Shown in pieces: positions 24,871-38,214 of a stretch of DNA of 64,000 nt (position 1 is its first letter; the number at the start of each line of letters is the position of its first letter). Location of the stretch: NCBI GenBank assembly GCA_973895155.1, contig OZ316897.1:8579832-8643831 (forward strand). The letters are read 5' to 3'. Below the pieces are notes generated by a model that saw only the letters and a list, made by a program, of their open reading frames with translations, did not search any database and was not told where the DNA came from. The stretch comes from Marsupella aquatica. Lineage: Eukaryota > Plantae > Marchantiophyta. Position numbers and translations under genes: made by a program.

Positions 24871-26694
24871 CATCCAAAGAGACGAGTCCCTGGAACAGCA
24901 TTAACTGTACCTCGGGACTCCCTCAGAGCCTACCGGAAGGAGCACCCTGAGGTTCCCCTTTTTGCACCCATCTCTACACTTTTCAGGGCATGACCTTACA
25001 CTCGCAGCCCCTGCTCCCTCTCAATTAGAGACTTAATTCAACATTCTTATCCCCTCTTGTGTAGTGCTTTTTTTCCCTTGCATCTGTTTGTGGGAGTGTG
25101 TTTAAATTTCTTGGACTCGATGGAGGCAATCGTTTGATAATAGCTGACATTCTATTTAAATTTCTTGGACTCCATGGAGGGTTCCCGGGTTGTCCCGGTT
25201 TTGAATAAAATAAAATAATTCTTGGACTCCATGGAGGCGATATTGACAGTAGCTCACACATTTTTGACCCGCTTTGCAAAGTCCGGCACCAGTCTAGTTT
25301 TAGTTATTTATTTATGAGGGGTTTATTATTCAGTGCAAGATCGCCTGAGCTCAAACTCTTGCCACTAAATTCTTCCTCCTCATGTTGTATTCCATGCCTT
25401 CCAGATAGGTCACGAATGCATTCATGACTAGCTCCTAATTGTGCCTAACTTTGTAACTTTAGTGTATAGAGGTCCAAGGAGCACAAACACTAAACTCAAA
25501 AGAATACACCATTGCTCATCCCGAAACCTGGAAAGGTGAGAAATTAAAAAATTATCACCTACTCATAGGGCTAAACTATTGTAGAACCAACTTCCTAGGA
25601 AAACCAATTTTCAATTCAATCATCAAATTGGATATTGAAACAATTTCGCTTTTGAAAGTCAGTGTAATGATGAATATAATAGCAGTTTTTATTTTCTCTT
25701 CTTTAATGCTTCCCGAATTTCTCCACAGTAGTACAGTAGAGTTTTACAAACGTCACAAGGCTACGAATTGACTGATGTTTATAACTTCGATTCTTCCTTG
25801 AGCACTTCATCAGTCAAATGTTTTTTAAATTGGGTATTTTAGTATATCAACTCCATTGATTAGAGCTAAATTTAAAAAGAAAAAGAAATGGTTCCCCATT
25901 TTTCTTTATTCTAAGGCTCGAGGAGTAAGTATGACTACTGTAGTTTACATATGAAATGATTATCTCCATTTTTTTTGAATTAGATAAATCATTTTGGTTT
26001 CAACCCCCTTGTATATTACATCTGAAATATATATTAGTATGGTTTCAAAAATGCATGATTACCGACGCAAAGTGCTCAGGCTCCCATAAAGGTTACAAAG
26101 TTAGGCACAATTATGAGCTAGGCATGAATGCGTTGTTACCCATCTGGAAGGCATGGAATACAACGATGAACAAGTAAGGATTTAGTGGCAAGAGTTTAAG
26201 CTCAGGTGATCTTGCACTGAATAATCAACCCTCATAAATCAATGACTAAAACTAGACTGGGGCTGGACTTTGCAAAGCGGGTCTAAATGTGTCAACTACT
26301 GTCAAATGATTGCCTCCATGGAGTCCAAGTTTTTTAATTTATTTTTATTTTTTTCAAAGCCGGGACAATACCCGGAAACACTCCATGGAGTCCAAGAAAT
26401 TTAAATAGAATGTCAGCTACTGTCAAACGATTGCCTCTATGGAGTCCAAGAAATTTAAACAAACACTCCCACAAACAAATGCAAGGGAAAAAGGCACTCC
26501 ACAAGAGGGGATAAGAATGTTGAATAAAGTTGTCTCTAATTGAGAGGGAGCCAGGGGCAACGAGTGTAAGGTCATGGCCTGAAAAGTGAAGAGATGGGTG
26601 CAAAAAAGGGAAAACTCAGGGTGCTCCTTCCGGTAGGCTGTGGGGAGTCCCGAGGTACAGGTAATGCTGTTCCAGGGACTTGTCTCTTTGAATG
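24871..26694. mobile_element. Non-autonomous foldback element with ~600-bp inverted arms
   Basis: Starts CATCCAAAGAGACGAGTCCCTGGAACAGCATTA and ends TAATGCTGTTCCAGGGACTTGTCTCTTTGAATG. Arm similarity runs to ~25460 and from ~26090. Flanks are AAGCAG and AAGCGG. Confidence 0.85.
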
Positions 26695-26799
26695 AAGCGG
26701 CCGGAGTCTGGCAGGTGCTGGGGATCGCGCTTTCTCGAGGAGGGATTAACAGGTGCGCACTCAGTCCCCCAAGTCTGGGGTCGTCTGATAGGTGGGGAG

Positions 26800-27086
26800 C
26801 AGCCTATTTTTTAAGGTTTTTTTATTTTTAGCCAGTGTGGGGAATGTTTGCTTCTCTGAGGGAGGAGATTCTAAGGATATTCTCTGTCAAATTTTATTAA
26901 ATTAAATTGTGACCGTCAGATATCCCTAGATTTAAGGAGAGCCGTTAGATTCTGGCTAATGGGGTCAATGATTTGGTGGAAGAGTGGCTAATGGTGTCAG
27001 AAAAATGTAGTGAATCTTAGCCAAAAGTGGCGAAAGTTTTTTGGGGAGGTGGAATTTGGCTAAAATTCTCACTTAAAAATACGCTG
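26800..27086. mobile_element. hAT-like MITE (287 bp)
   Basis: TIR CAGCCTATTTTTTAAG / CTTAAAAATACGCTG with a perfect 8-bp TSD GTGGGGAG. Confidence 0.85.
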
Positions 27087-27884
27087 GTGGGGAGGTCCCC
27101 CGAGGCAAGGGCCTCACCGTATACGGTTAATTAATAAACCACAACTACGAATATAAGGGGCTCCACGTTACGTGGAGTCCCCATACCCAACTGTATAACA
27201 TGGGGCAACAGCTTCTTTTTTTGCTAGTAGCTGCGTGTGCTCTCAGCTATAATGAGATTCGTTATAGCTCATTATAGCTCATTATAGCATTAAGTCTCAG
27301 GTATCGTTGAGATCTACTTCTGTAAAACAAAAACAGGCAAAATGGTCAATATTTTGTAAGAAATATTGAAAAAACAATAGATGGGATGAGATTGGCCAAA
27401 TTCAAAATTTTGAATTTCGGGGGAAGAGTCAATCTGAGCTGTCTGCGTTTCTTGTCTCCAAAAATCTCCAGCATAGTGGTCGCTCTCTTGCTCAAAAGGA
27501 CTATCTCAAAGAGAATTGTAGATGGGTTTTTTCAGTTTTGTAATGGGGTTGATATTTTTCAAATGAAAAATAAAACAAATCCAAGCCCTCCTAACCTTCT
27601 ATTTTGTTACTTTTGCAATATGTGTAGCTCATTGTTTATTTATTCTACAAATATTGTCCATCCACATTAGAAATCGATCTAGGGTGCAAAAGAAAGATAT
27701 CAATGACATTCATGATTGGGTGTTTGGTGTTTCAAAAATAAATAAATAGTTTTCAAAATAAAATTAAGTTAAATTTTGAGTTTTCAACCATTCTCCTGCC
27801 TGATCTTGGGCCCTGCCCAGCATTAATGGTCGTACAGTACCAGAGTTGGCCGTACAATACCGGAGTTCCTTACATACCGAGACC

Positions 27885-28549
27885 TTGTTGCACCGTGGCG
27901 GTCCATACCAAGACGAGACTACCACAGCCTTCTAGCCCGCCATAGCTCACAGCCTACAATACGACATTGGAATGGGGTTAAGCGAATCTTTCGCTACCTA
28001 TGTGGCACAATGGATCTTGGTTTATTCTACCCAGCAGACATTGATATCACACTCTGCGGATATGCAGACGCAGGCTATTTATCCGACCCTGCGGATGCAA
28101 AATCTTAGACAGGCTACGTATTCCTCACTGGTCCTACAGCAATTTCTTGGAAGAGCACCAAGCAATCCCTAACTACAACGTCCTCTAATCATTCAGAAAT
28201 CGCGCTCTATGAGGCCAGTCGAGAATGTCTTTGGCTACGCACAGTCATAGACTACGTTCTAGAAAACACAGGTATGTCAAAACTGACTTCTCCCACTGTG
28301 ATTTATGAAGATAGTAGACCGTGTGTTGAACAGATAGCCGCCGGATACATCAAAGGTGACAAAACCAAACATATTGCACCAAAAATTTTCTTTACATATG
28401 AACAGCAACATAAACAGATCGAAATACAATGGATCCCCAGTAAACAGAACTCTGCCGATATATTCACAAAGGCTTTACCTCCTATCACACACAGTGAACT
28501 CACCAAGGCTATGAGGATGCGCAGTTTTTCTTCACTTTTACAGAAATGA
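27885..28549 (+). pseudogene. Ty1/Copia pol 3' fragment (RT end and RNase H), Bianca-like lineage
   Basis: HWNGVKRIFRYL.GT.DLGLFY, GYADAGYLSD, AISWKSTKQ, IYEDS, GYIKGDKTKHIAPK and NSADIFTKALP, with stops and frameshifts. Truncated at the 5' side. Confidence 0.92.
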
Positions 28550-28905
28550 CGAAGAAATAAGTTGTAAGACTTATCGACATCAGGGGGAGCACTTGCGCAG
28601 ATCAGGAAGGAGCTCAACAAATGTATCGATCTTGCCTCCATGACGACCACACCCAGACGCTGATAAACCTTCATCAATCTGCTCATACAAATTTCACAAA
28701 CTTACTGACTGCAAGCTATCGCTGACTGCAAGCTATCGCTGACTCATCTGACTCTCAACCGAAAGCCCTAGTTTTCTCCATGAACTACATTGACAGAACG
28801 AAAGACCTCACTCCGACGGACGTTCCCAAACTACTCTTGACCATTTTATGCTAGACCTACAAACAGACCAAAGACAACTATAGGACCTTTAGACAACTCC
28901 TATAT

Positions 28906-31593
28906 TGTTATGAGTCATCTAGCCCCAAACTAGACTAGAGTCACTATACCATGGTTATACCTTAACCGTACCTGTACACACATATATATAAAGCAGAACC
29001 GTGACCCCTAATCAGTATCTGATTCATTCTCAATTCATTCTCTCTTAACACGTTATCAGCACGACTCTCGGAGGCTGAGCACTAGCTTGAACTTTTTTTA
29101 GGGATTCGACAAGTGACAAAAATTAGACACTTGAGGGAATCCCAAGACAAAATCCGTTCAAGGAAACCTTCATTTGAGAGTCCATGTCAACCTGGTGTTG
29201 GAAATTGATGGAGTATCCTCTGTGAGAAACTAACTCCAAAGAAATTAGAAGAAGCAAAATCAGAAGGAGAGGCTGATCAGACAAAGAGTCGAACCCCTGG
29301 ATTGACCCTTGTGGGATCATTAAAGCTTTAGAGGAATTGATTCTGAAATGCAAGATTGAAAGTACGCAGCATGATTTATGGAAGGAGGAGAAGAAACACT
29401 GCAGCGCAAAGTCCATAGAAAAACCAGGATAAAGCTTGGGCTGGAGTCAATCAATCCAATCAAAGAGACCTGATTGAATAGAGGCAGAGCACAATCAACA
29501 AAATTTCAATCAAGGTGAGATCTGAAAAGGCACCACACCCTATAGAGAACGAATGTTGCACTAGGGCTCAACAACCGGAGGGTGAAAAGGACTGAAGGAA
29601 ATTTGAGGGATGGAAACCTCATGAGAAGACAACACAGTGATCACCGACGCAGCCGCGAAGCCATGCAAAAGTGGGAGAATCGATGCACAAGCCTAAAACG
29701 GCAAAATTTGGACCAGGCTTTTTGAGAAACCATCGACAAAACTTGATAAGTGCAAAACCCCCATACTTGCAACTCATTATAAAGAGTATTTTTACTTACA
29801 AAAGAATCAGATCACTTAAAGCATCTTTTTCAAAGCTTTTAAATCACTTTAAGATACATGTGTAATCCTTAACATAAACCTAAATCACAAGCTTACACTC
29901 TCATTTTACAAATGTGAATACTGTGCCTTTACACAACACATTGAATACATATAACATGGTTATTACACCATTAATATCACTTTCCACCATAGGGGGAGGA
30001 AAGCACATTGTACCCACGTACAACTATCTCCCACCTCCTAATGTCATTTTGGTTCATTCACCTTCTAGTACCATTTGAACTTATACACCTTCTGGTATCA
30101 TTTGATCTCATAAGATCCAAACGGACTCAGATAAGGGACTTTCCATGACTAACAAAGGTAAAGGTAGAGATGATTTGATAATGGGCAAAGCCCCTAATCT
30201 CATCTATACATGAGTTAATGAGGGAGTTAATATGGGCAAAGCCCGTAATCTAACCCCTACATTCTCTTGATCAGTGGGCATTCCTATCGGACCTTACCTA
30301 TAGATGAGTTCCAAATCTAAGAGATATTCCTCACACTCACAATTTCAAGAGAAAATAACATGCATTTTATGCAGATCAATGGGAAGAAACTTCATTCTCT
30401 CTAACTTATCTACTCAAAAACTTAAACCAAACTCATACACTACAATGGAAAATACCTCTGTACTTGGCCATACTTGGCTATACCAGGAGTTTGCCACTCC
30501 ATGACACTCTTGTCAAAACAACACAAAACATTGCAGACGTGCAAGGCAGAAGTGCCCATTTTAAGATAAATCATGCACACCCTCTGGTGATGCCATTTTA
30601 AGAAAATTTATATATTCTCTCACAAGGCACACCCTTTTCTACAAGAGAAAACAACTTTTCAATATACATGATTTCTCCATGTGCCCACTGCACATGCATC
30701 CATAGTTAAGGATCTCAAACTCAACTTGAGAAGGAAATAGTACATGTACCTCAACCTCATGTTGAGGGGGAGATAACATCATTCAAACCATACATATCCA
30801 ATATAGGATAAAATCCATGTAATATACACAAATTACATACAAATACCCAATTATATTCTCCTACAAGGAGCAGAAGTTATTATTTCTACCCCACACTTGA
30901 CATTTGATAACACAAACCTATGACCACAAGATGTAGCAACATACTATCATAACACTTTCATCTTTGAGGGGGAACAACACAATGTGATTTTCCAGCTACT
31001 AACCTAAGCTCCTCATTATATTGGACATGAACTTGATTTGTTTGTTGCCAGGCTTCATCTAAGATATTGCAAACTTCTGGAGACAATTGAAATTCCTGTT
31101 GCATCTTAATACCTTTGACGACCCTACATACCATGCGATTGACTTACGACACATGATATGTACCAATTGAAGACTCCACTTACTGCTAATGCATTTTCCT
31201 TTATCGCCAAGAGGATCAACGGGCTGTACTCTTTTTCCTTTAGGGTCATATTTTTTTTCTCTACTACCCTAGTAGAGTTGTTTTTTACCTCAATCTAGCC
31301 CTGCTAAAGGTTTTAATGAGGCAGTCCACCTCTTTGGTTGACGTAACATGCGTATCTATAAGCATGATGATAAATTATCATTTTTTTGTCTAGCTCTAGG
31401 ACTAGTCTAGATTGTCTTCATAATTCCCATTATGTCGCCAAGGGGGAGTGTTATGAGTCATCTAGCCCCAGACTAGACTAGAGTCACTATACCATGGTTA
31501 TACCTTAACCATACCTGTACACACATATATATAAAGCAGAACCGTGACCCCTAATTGGTATCTGATTCATTCTCAATTCATTCTCTCTTAACA
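28906..31593 (+). mobile_element. Non-autonomous LTR retrotransposon (145-bp LTRs) nested in the Copia remnant
   Basis: LTRs at 28906-29050 and 31449-31593 (TG...CA, 4 differences), TSD TATAT, PBS-like CGTTATCAGCACG and PPT AAGGGGGAG. No long ORF. Confidence 0.93.
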
Positions 31594-31796
31594 TATATTA
31601 CAAAAACATTTTCTACAGGATGGTAACACTCTTTCTCCCAGAAGACAGCAGGGGAGTTTTAATGAGGTTACATCCATTATGGTACCACTCTTAGATATAT
31701 CAACACCAAATAAATTCATATAGAAACAGACTATATCATCCCCAACATAGACTTAAACAGTTCCAACAATTACACCATAATGTTGCAAAGGGGGAG

Positions 31797-31942
31797 TGTT
31801 ATGATACATAGGTTAGTTAAGTCTAGGATTGGGTTACCTTAACCTCAGGTAACTGCTGTAACCACCCGAACTAACTACCTTGTATATAGTCCATATGGAT
31901 CATGAAGGAAGAACACTTATTTGTTGAGTAGTTATTTCAACA
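31797..31942 (+). mobile_element. Probable 3' LTR of the older Copia element
   Basis: PPT AAAGGGGGAG is followed by TGTTATGA...TTTCAACA. Similar length to the nested element's LTR. Confidence 0.65.
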
Positions 31943-32807
31943 AAATGCTAGTTCATTTAGTTACTTATTGTGATAGGTTTGTTGGACCTTGTTTTATGAG
32001 TCTTTTGACTCTGGTGCTCTCTCGTCGGACCCACGACTCTTTTCTGTATTTCATGTAGGGCCTTGTCTCTCAGTTAATTCTGGAGGTTTTCCTGTGCTTT
32101 CCGGAGAGACTTGGGCTTGTGTGGCTTGTACTCTTTTGGGATGTCTTGGCCCTCCCTGTCTTCCCCTGAATTAAAAAAATATTGTTTGGCAAGACCAAAG
32201 AAAGTATCCATTTTTTAAAGAGTACTTTCAAAACGGAGAAAGGGACTATTCTAAGAGCACTCCTCACCGGTCTAGTATCGGGTCCCACCGGGAGCAAGGA
32301 TACCAGGACCAGCCCATGGGCCCAGTTTTGGAACCCCAATCGTGCCGCGGCCCGGGCACCCCAATGTCAAGGCCTGGAATTTTTCCTAACCAAGGGCGGT
32401 AGCCACACATCAAATGTGGTAATACACTCCATGCACTCATTGATTTAGATAAAATAACAAGAATTATCATGGTATGGATGGATGTCTTACACAATATATG
32501 TCATATTTTGATGTGCAGTTAATTCAATTATTTGGAAACATATCGATGGAATACAAGTTGCGTCACCCAAAACTACAGCTTTTTTACCCTCCAGAACCTA
32601 GCAGGACACAGCTTGCCAAGATCGATCTATGACTGCAATCAGCCTTCTCAGTTTTGATCCAAGTCTCTACGAAGGAGAGTGCAGAGATGCTTCAGCTCAG
32701 AAAGGCGGGACACGTGGGGAATGATGGGCCCTTCACTGACCCGGATGTGCAGGCTACAAACCGGCTCGCTAAACTCCCCGATAACTGGGTCTGGTTAACA
32801 CGGGTGG

Positions 32808-33031
32808 GAGCGCTCTCCAGATTGCCTCATCTACTGAACTTACCGCAGTTAAAGCTCGTATTTGGAGTGTTCTCAAGATTGCCTCATCTACTGGACTCAC
32901 TCTGTAGTTAAAGCTCTTAGTTGGAGTGTTCTCCAGATTGCCTCATCTACCTGGACTTACCGTAGTTAGAGCTCTTACTTGGAGTGTTCTCCGGATTGCC
33001 TCATCTACTGGACTTACCGTAGTTAAAGCTC
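32808..33031. repeat. Minisatellite, 4 x 57-59 bp, upstream of the TPR gene
   Basis: The unit GAGTGTTCTCCAGATTGCCTCATCTACTGGACTTACCGTAGTTAAAGCTC starts at 32808, 32865, 32924 and 32982. Confidence 0.9.
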
Positions 33032-33412
33032 TGAGTTAGCAAGATCTGATCCAGACCGAAGAAAAAGGATAAACCCACATCCCAAAACCAAAACCCATCA
33101 AATGATCCTCGAGATGAATCATACGATCGGTACTCCCTCACGATTCGTTGAGAACCCACATGATAGTCTCGAGCGCAGGGTTCATCAAAGCCCATCAAAT
33201 TCGGATCTCGGACAGCCTCTTCAATCCTCGCAGCAAATCGTAGAATATGCTGGAATGATGATGATAAGAGTGAGCGATTGACGACTTCGTTCTGTTGAGC
33301 ACAGGGTTTAGAGAATCCTGAGCTGAAGCCCAGAGAGCAGACTGTGTATGGACGCTTTTCTCATGATGGATATTTGCCTCGTGCTTGTCTAGCTGACTGG
33401 GGAAGTGAATGA

Positions 33413-36400
33413 ATGGCGCTGAGAACGAGTAGCTGGGAGCGCATCATGGCTGGCCATGCCTCTCTGCTGAAGTTGCATTCCGACCCAATTCAGGTTCTGT
33501 CTTTGTTTTTGTCTCTGCATCGGAATTGCCATTGTTGTATTGCCTCTAGTTCTGCTTCTTCCCTGGCTTTTGCTGTATTGCCATTATTTTTCTCTTCTCT
33601 GGTTACCTTGCAGATTGGTCTCGTTATCCATTGTATCCTTTAAGTCCTCTCGGAATCTGATCAATGGAGCAATTGCATTCCAGCTACTATAGCGTCCAAT
33701 TCAAAGAATTGCGAAAGGGTTATGAGTTGATGATCAGTTATTTTCTCAAGAATCTCATCAAATCTCACTTGGAGTTGAAAGACCCACAAATTCCAAAAGA
33801 TGATTGTCTCCTTTTCTTGCCACACAAGCCCGAATGTCCATTTTTGAATGTTAACACAAATGATAACAAAAATATCATACATGATTGTCATTTTGGCATA
33901 CATAGTATCTCATGCTTCTGTCCATCCACATAAATAAATTTTGGTGGGGCCTTAGAGTCACTATCTAGAGTTGTCACCCTAGAAGCCTACACCCCAACTC
34001 TAGGTTCTGTCTGCGCTTAATTTTAAGATTTCATTCATCAATGTAATAAGTACTATATGAATAGAAACTGAGTCAATCATCTGCATCCAGAACTTCCTGT
34101 AGTAGTAAATTGCAATCATCCCCAGTTGCTAGACTGAAGGAACTTCCCAGTTGATGAAGACATTTCCGATGTTTGGACCAGGTTCATTGGTGCCGCTGGA
34201 CATATCCCAACTCGTCTGGACTTCATAGACGGAATTTATCTAAAGCAGATACTGTAGCTTTGAGGACTGGAAGGACGAGCTCCTTCACAGTCTATGCGGC
34301 TAAGCCAGGATTTGGTGCTCAACCCAAAAAGAAAACAAAGGTCTGGCATGACTTGAAAGTTTGAATTTTTTAATGCGAGAGAGAGATGTTATTGTTCATA
34401 TCTCGTTCAGTTGATAAGGCCAACTAACCAATTGACGTCGCGTCATTGACAAGCTCGTGAGCGAGTTGTTGAGGACTAGTACTTATCCGGAGCCGTTAGT
34501 GAATGCAGAAGTCAGAACGCAAACCGAAAGTGAACGAAGAGAAGGATCCGGTAACCAGGGCAAAGTGAGTTTTCTTGTAACAACTAAAGCTATCCGCCTG
34601 ATTGTTGAAGGGGCATGGTTTTGCACACTGGCAGATTGGAATTTTTAATGGCATGGGATTTATTGGATTTTGCAGACAGATACTTGCAAAGAAGGAACAA
34701 ATCCTTCAACAAGAAGCGGGAAGTACTGGTGAGTTTATGTCTGAGAAGCAAGATATAATTAAGTAGCTCCGTTTGCTTAGATGCTCCTGGCATGGTTTCC
34801 TTCTTGGGGCCTTTGACAGGGCTGGGTCAAAATGATTGTGATTAGAAATTCTGACAAAACCGTGTCGTGTTAGTTATTGACAGTAACCAGCAGACAGATA
34901 CGCTGACAGTGGCAGAACAAGCACCTAGTATCTTGATCGATGAGGAAGCGCCAACCTATGACCCACTGGACGAAGAGATTTTTGAACAGAAGCTAGCAGA
35001 AATAAAGAGGTATTTCTTTTTCTCTGAAATGTTGTTGGCACAGTTTGCTCTTTAAGACTCGCGAAAGCTTGTTCCTGGATTTGTGGATGTTGGGGTCTTA
35101 TTTTGTGAGAAACTCTAATGAGTAGAGAATCTTCAAAAGTGGACAATCCCTAGCTGGTACACCAGTTGAGGATAGGTTGCTCATCGTCATTCTTTGATCT
35201 GTGAATGAATTCCATTGACTTATGCTTCACGTCCTCTACAACTTTTGTGATCATCATGTAATTTCTGCATGCTGCAGGGTCGCTGTGGAGCAGAAGAAAT
35301 TGGAAGAGCAGAAAAAGTACGGCCCTATTGATTATGATGCCCCCCTGCCCTCATCGTCCACTCCAAATGGTTTGACCGACAATCTTGGTGCTAAAGTACG
35401 CTTTTCATCCATTCAGTCATACGTCCCCATGTAATTGCAGCGAATTTAGGAAGATTACAACCTATTGCACAAATCATGGCTGGTTATTGTACTCACACTT
35501 TTATCGGATGTGAATGGGTGATTTAATACAGTTGTACCCTCAAAGTGAGGTTAAAATGTCCCTACACTGACAGCTTCAACTCGCTGTGGTGATGAGCAGA
35601 TTGGTATTGGACTAGCTGTGGTGGTCTTTGGTTTGCTATTTGCTCTTGGAGATTTTCTGCCGTCAGGGTAAAGGACATTGTTTTGCTTTCCCTCATACCA
35701 TTTGTGAATTCTTTGCAAATGGAATTGGCAAAATAAGTTCTTGTGCTTCTCTCAGCCGTGGCATGATAGATACGTATGCCGAGGGGTTATTTCTTTCTTG
35801 GAAATGTGTGGCATTTCCAATGTGGTGGACGATCGATGGTTTGAAACTTCGTTCTGCGCACGGGTTCTTGGACGCGTCGCTTTGCAGTTAATCGATGAGA
35901 ACAGGATCCCTAGTTAGGATTTCTTACTGACTTCTTTGGCAACCCTGTTTTGAATGGGGGACGAAGTTAATTCTCAATCTGCATCCTTTGCTGATGAGGT
36001 GGAGATCATCATGCCCAGTTCTTTCGAAACCTCTAATTCTTCTCTATACGTTGGTTTCTGCCTCCAGAAGAAATGTGTCAACATCCAGTGTACGTAACTG
36101 ACACACTTCTTCGTTGCAGCCCTACGGCAGAGAAATCAAGCGAGGTTGAAAAGAAGCAGCTCACCAAAGAAGAATCGTCCAAACTTCAGGTATTTGATTT
36201 TGTACGTTTAGGCAATTCACCAGCGGAATTACAATGACTTTTCATATAGATCCGTAAAGAAATTGTCTACTGTATCTTTGATAGCGAGAGGATTCCGGAG
36301 AACGTCAGTGTCATTGTTCACCAGATTTTAGCCATGGTTTAATTTTCCAGGCCCAAGTTCAAGAGTTTGAAGACACGCTAAAAAATGTCCCCGAAGACAG

Positions 36401-38214
36401 GACTGCTCTCGAGGTACCTGTAGAACTTTCTTGAGCTTTTTGTGGTAATTCCTTTTAAGTTATTTTACAGAGTTTTTCATCTATGACCAATTCTGTTCTC
36501 CATTGGTCCTTTTAGGCTTGTTTTGACTTCTGGAATACATCATTTCATTGTTTGCAGGGAGCAGCAGTAAGCTATGCTGAACTTGGTGATTATGACAAAG
36601 CTGAAAAGTACTTGTCCAAGATTACCCAGGTGCTATAATGTTTAAATACTTATGGCGTTTGACCCAATAAGTGTGGTTTTGTCTATAAAGTATATCTACC
36701 AAGCACATACTGATTGTTGGTAAAACTCTTCTCAACTGCAGACATCACCAGGTGATGCAGATGTCTTGAGATTGCTTGCAGAAGTCCAGAATGGAAAAGG
36801 AGATTTGGATGCAAGCATTTCTTCTTATCGGGCTGCTATAAAAGTAAGAGTTGTACTTGCGGATGTCATATTGGTTCTCTGTTTATTTGCACGTCTGTCT
36901 ATGAATTACAGTTTATTCCAGTCAATCTGCCTGCAAGCAATCTGCTGACGGTTCCATGATTAAAACATCAAGGCTGAGTGGAAGGCTAGACTTTCATGTC
37001 AACCCAGCTGCGGATAGCCTTCTTCGTCCTAAATTTTGTGATGTAATGTTGAAATTCTCAGGCATCTGGCAAGAAAGAATCGTTGACTTTAATCCAGGGA
37101 CTCACTGATACTCTGCTTGCTGCCAAGAAGCCAAGCGAGGTACCTTTTCAACCTGTCTTCCATATTGACGTGAGGATTTCAAGAATCAAGTTTGCACGTG
37201 TAGATTATACATGTAACAGAAAGACAGTCCTAACGAGACATCAATATGATCCGTTTGCAGGCAGTTGGAGAGCTGCTTGCAGCAAGGGCAAGACTCAAAT
37301 ACAACTTTGATCAGATAAAGTCACAGGCCACGCAAGCAGTCTTGGCTACCCCTAGTGGTGATAATTCTTCCCCTGGCAAATTGCAGGGAGAATATACCGC
37401 CATGGATGCCGATGAGCAGATGGATCCTATAACTGTAAGTATTGAACATTTGACCCTCAGCTTTGGCTTATGGACTGTATAATGCTTTTTGAGTAGGCAG
37501 AAGCCCACTTTCTTTCTGCCTGGGAGCTTGTGACTTATTTACACCAGTAAAAGAGTATTACTCCCTCGTTAGGCAGGAACAGGATATAGCCACTGATTGG
37601 AATACTGGACCCCAACATCGCAAGTGTCCTACTGTAGTTTTATTTGAGAAATAGGCCTAAAATTCAGAGTTTGTTCTCCTTGTACAGGTGGAGCTTTTAT
37701 TGGGCAAGGCGTATGCAGCATGGGATGGTCACACAGGTGATGCTGCGACTGTTTACGATGGGCTGATAAAAAGCTATCCGGAGGACTATCGTGGGTTCCT
37801 AGCAAAGGTACAGTAAGCTGCCCAGATTTTCTCCTTGTTTTTGGCTTGCTGTGGTGCGTTTGTCCTTGGCTGCGTATTTGTATCCACCTAATGAAAATTG
37901 CGGTTGCTCATTGCCAGGGTGTGCTTCTGAAGACCCAAAGCAAGCAAGGGGATGCTGAGCGTATGTTTATTCAGGTAAGTCCTAAAACGCTCAGACACAA
38001 ATTCTCTACTATTTGTGTATTTGCTGTCTTTCCAGGCTAGTTGTAGTTTTTGCACGTCAAATGTCAATGTAAACACTCCAGTTCAGTTGTGAGTTAAGGG
38101 TTTTGGGCTAATGTGATTAACTTGGCTGATGAACTGTCCCCACAGGCTAGGTACCTTGCACCAGCAAACTCAAAATCCATTGTAGACATCTATTCAGGTC
38201 GTCGACCAAGCTAG
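33413..38214 (+). CDS. Multi-exon, probably plastid-targeted membrane TPR protein (resembles the Arabidopsis At1g78915 family)
   Basis: GT-AG exons encode YGPIDYDAP, a TM segment IGIGLAVVVFGLLFALGDFLP, GAAVSYAELGDY, VLRLLAEVQ, VELLLGKAYAAW.GH.GDA..VYD.LI, GDAERMFIQ and ARYLAP, ending TAG at 38212-38214. The N-terminal exons are less certain. Confidence 0.85.

Larger units (their letters stand above)
11890..27126. repeat. GC-rich tandem repeat (2 copies); the second copy is split by nested insertions
   Basis: Copy 1 is ~11890-12230. Copy 2 reassembles from 12231-12264, 24577-24870, 26701-26799 and 27095-27126. Both end GGTGGGGAGGTCCCCCGA..CAxGGxxTC..CGTATACGG. Confidence 0.75.

Noticed and set aside
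27137-27230. Hairpin GGGGCTCCACGT-T-ACGTGGAGTCCCC as a Helitron end or terminator
   Set aside because: The spacing to the next CTAG is too long and no matching 5' end was found.
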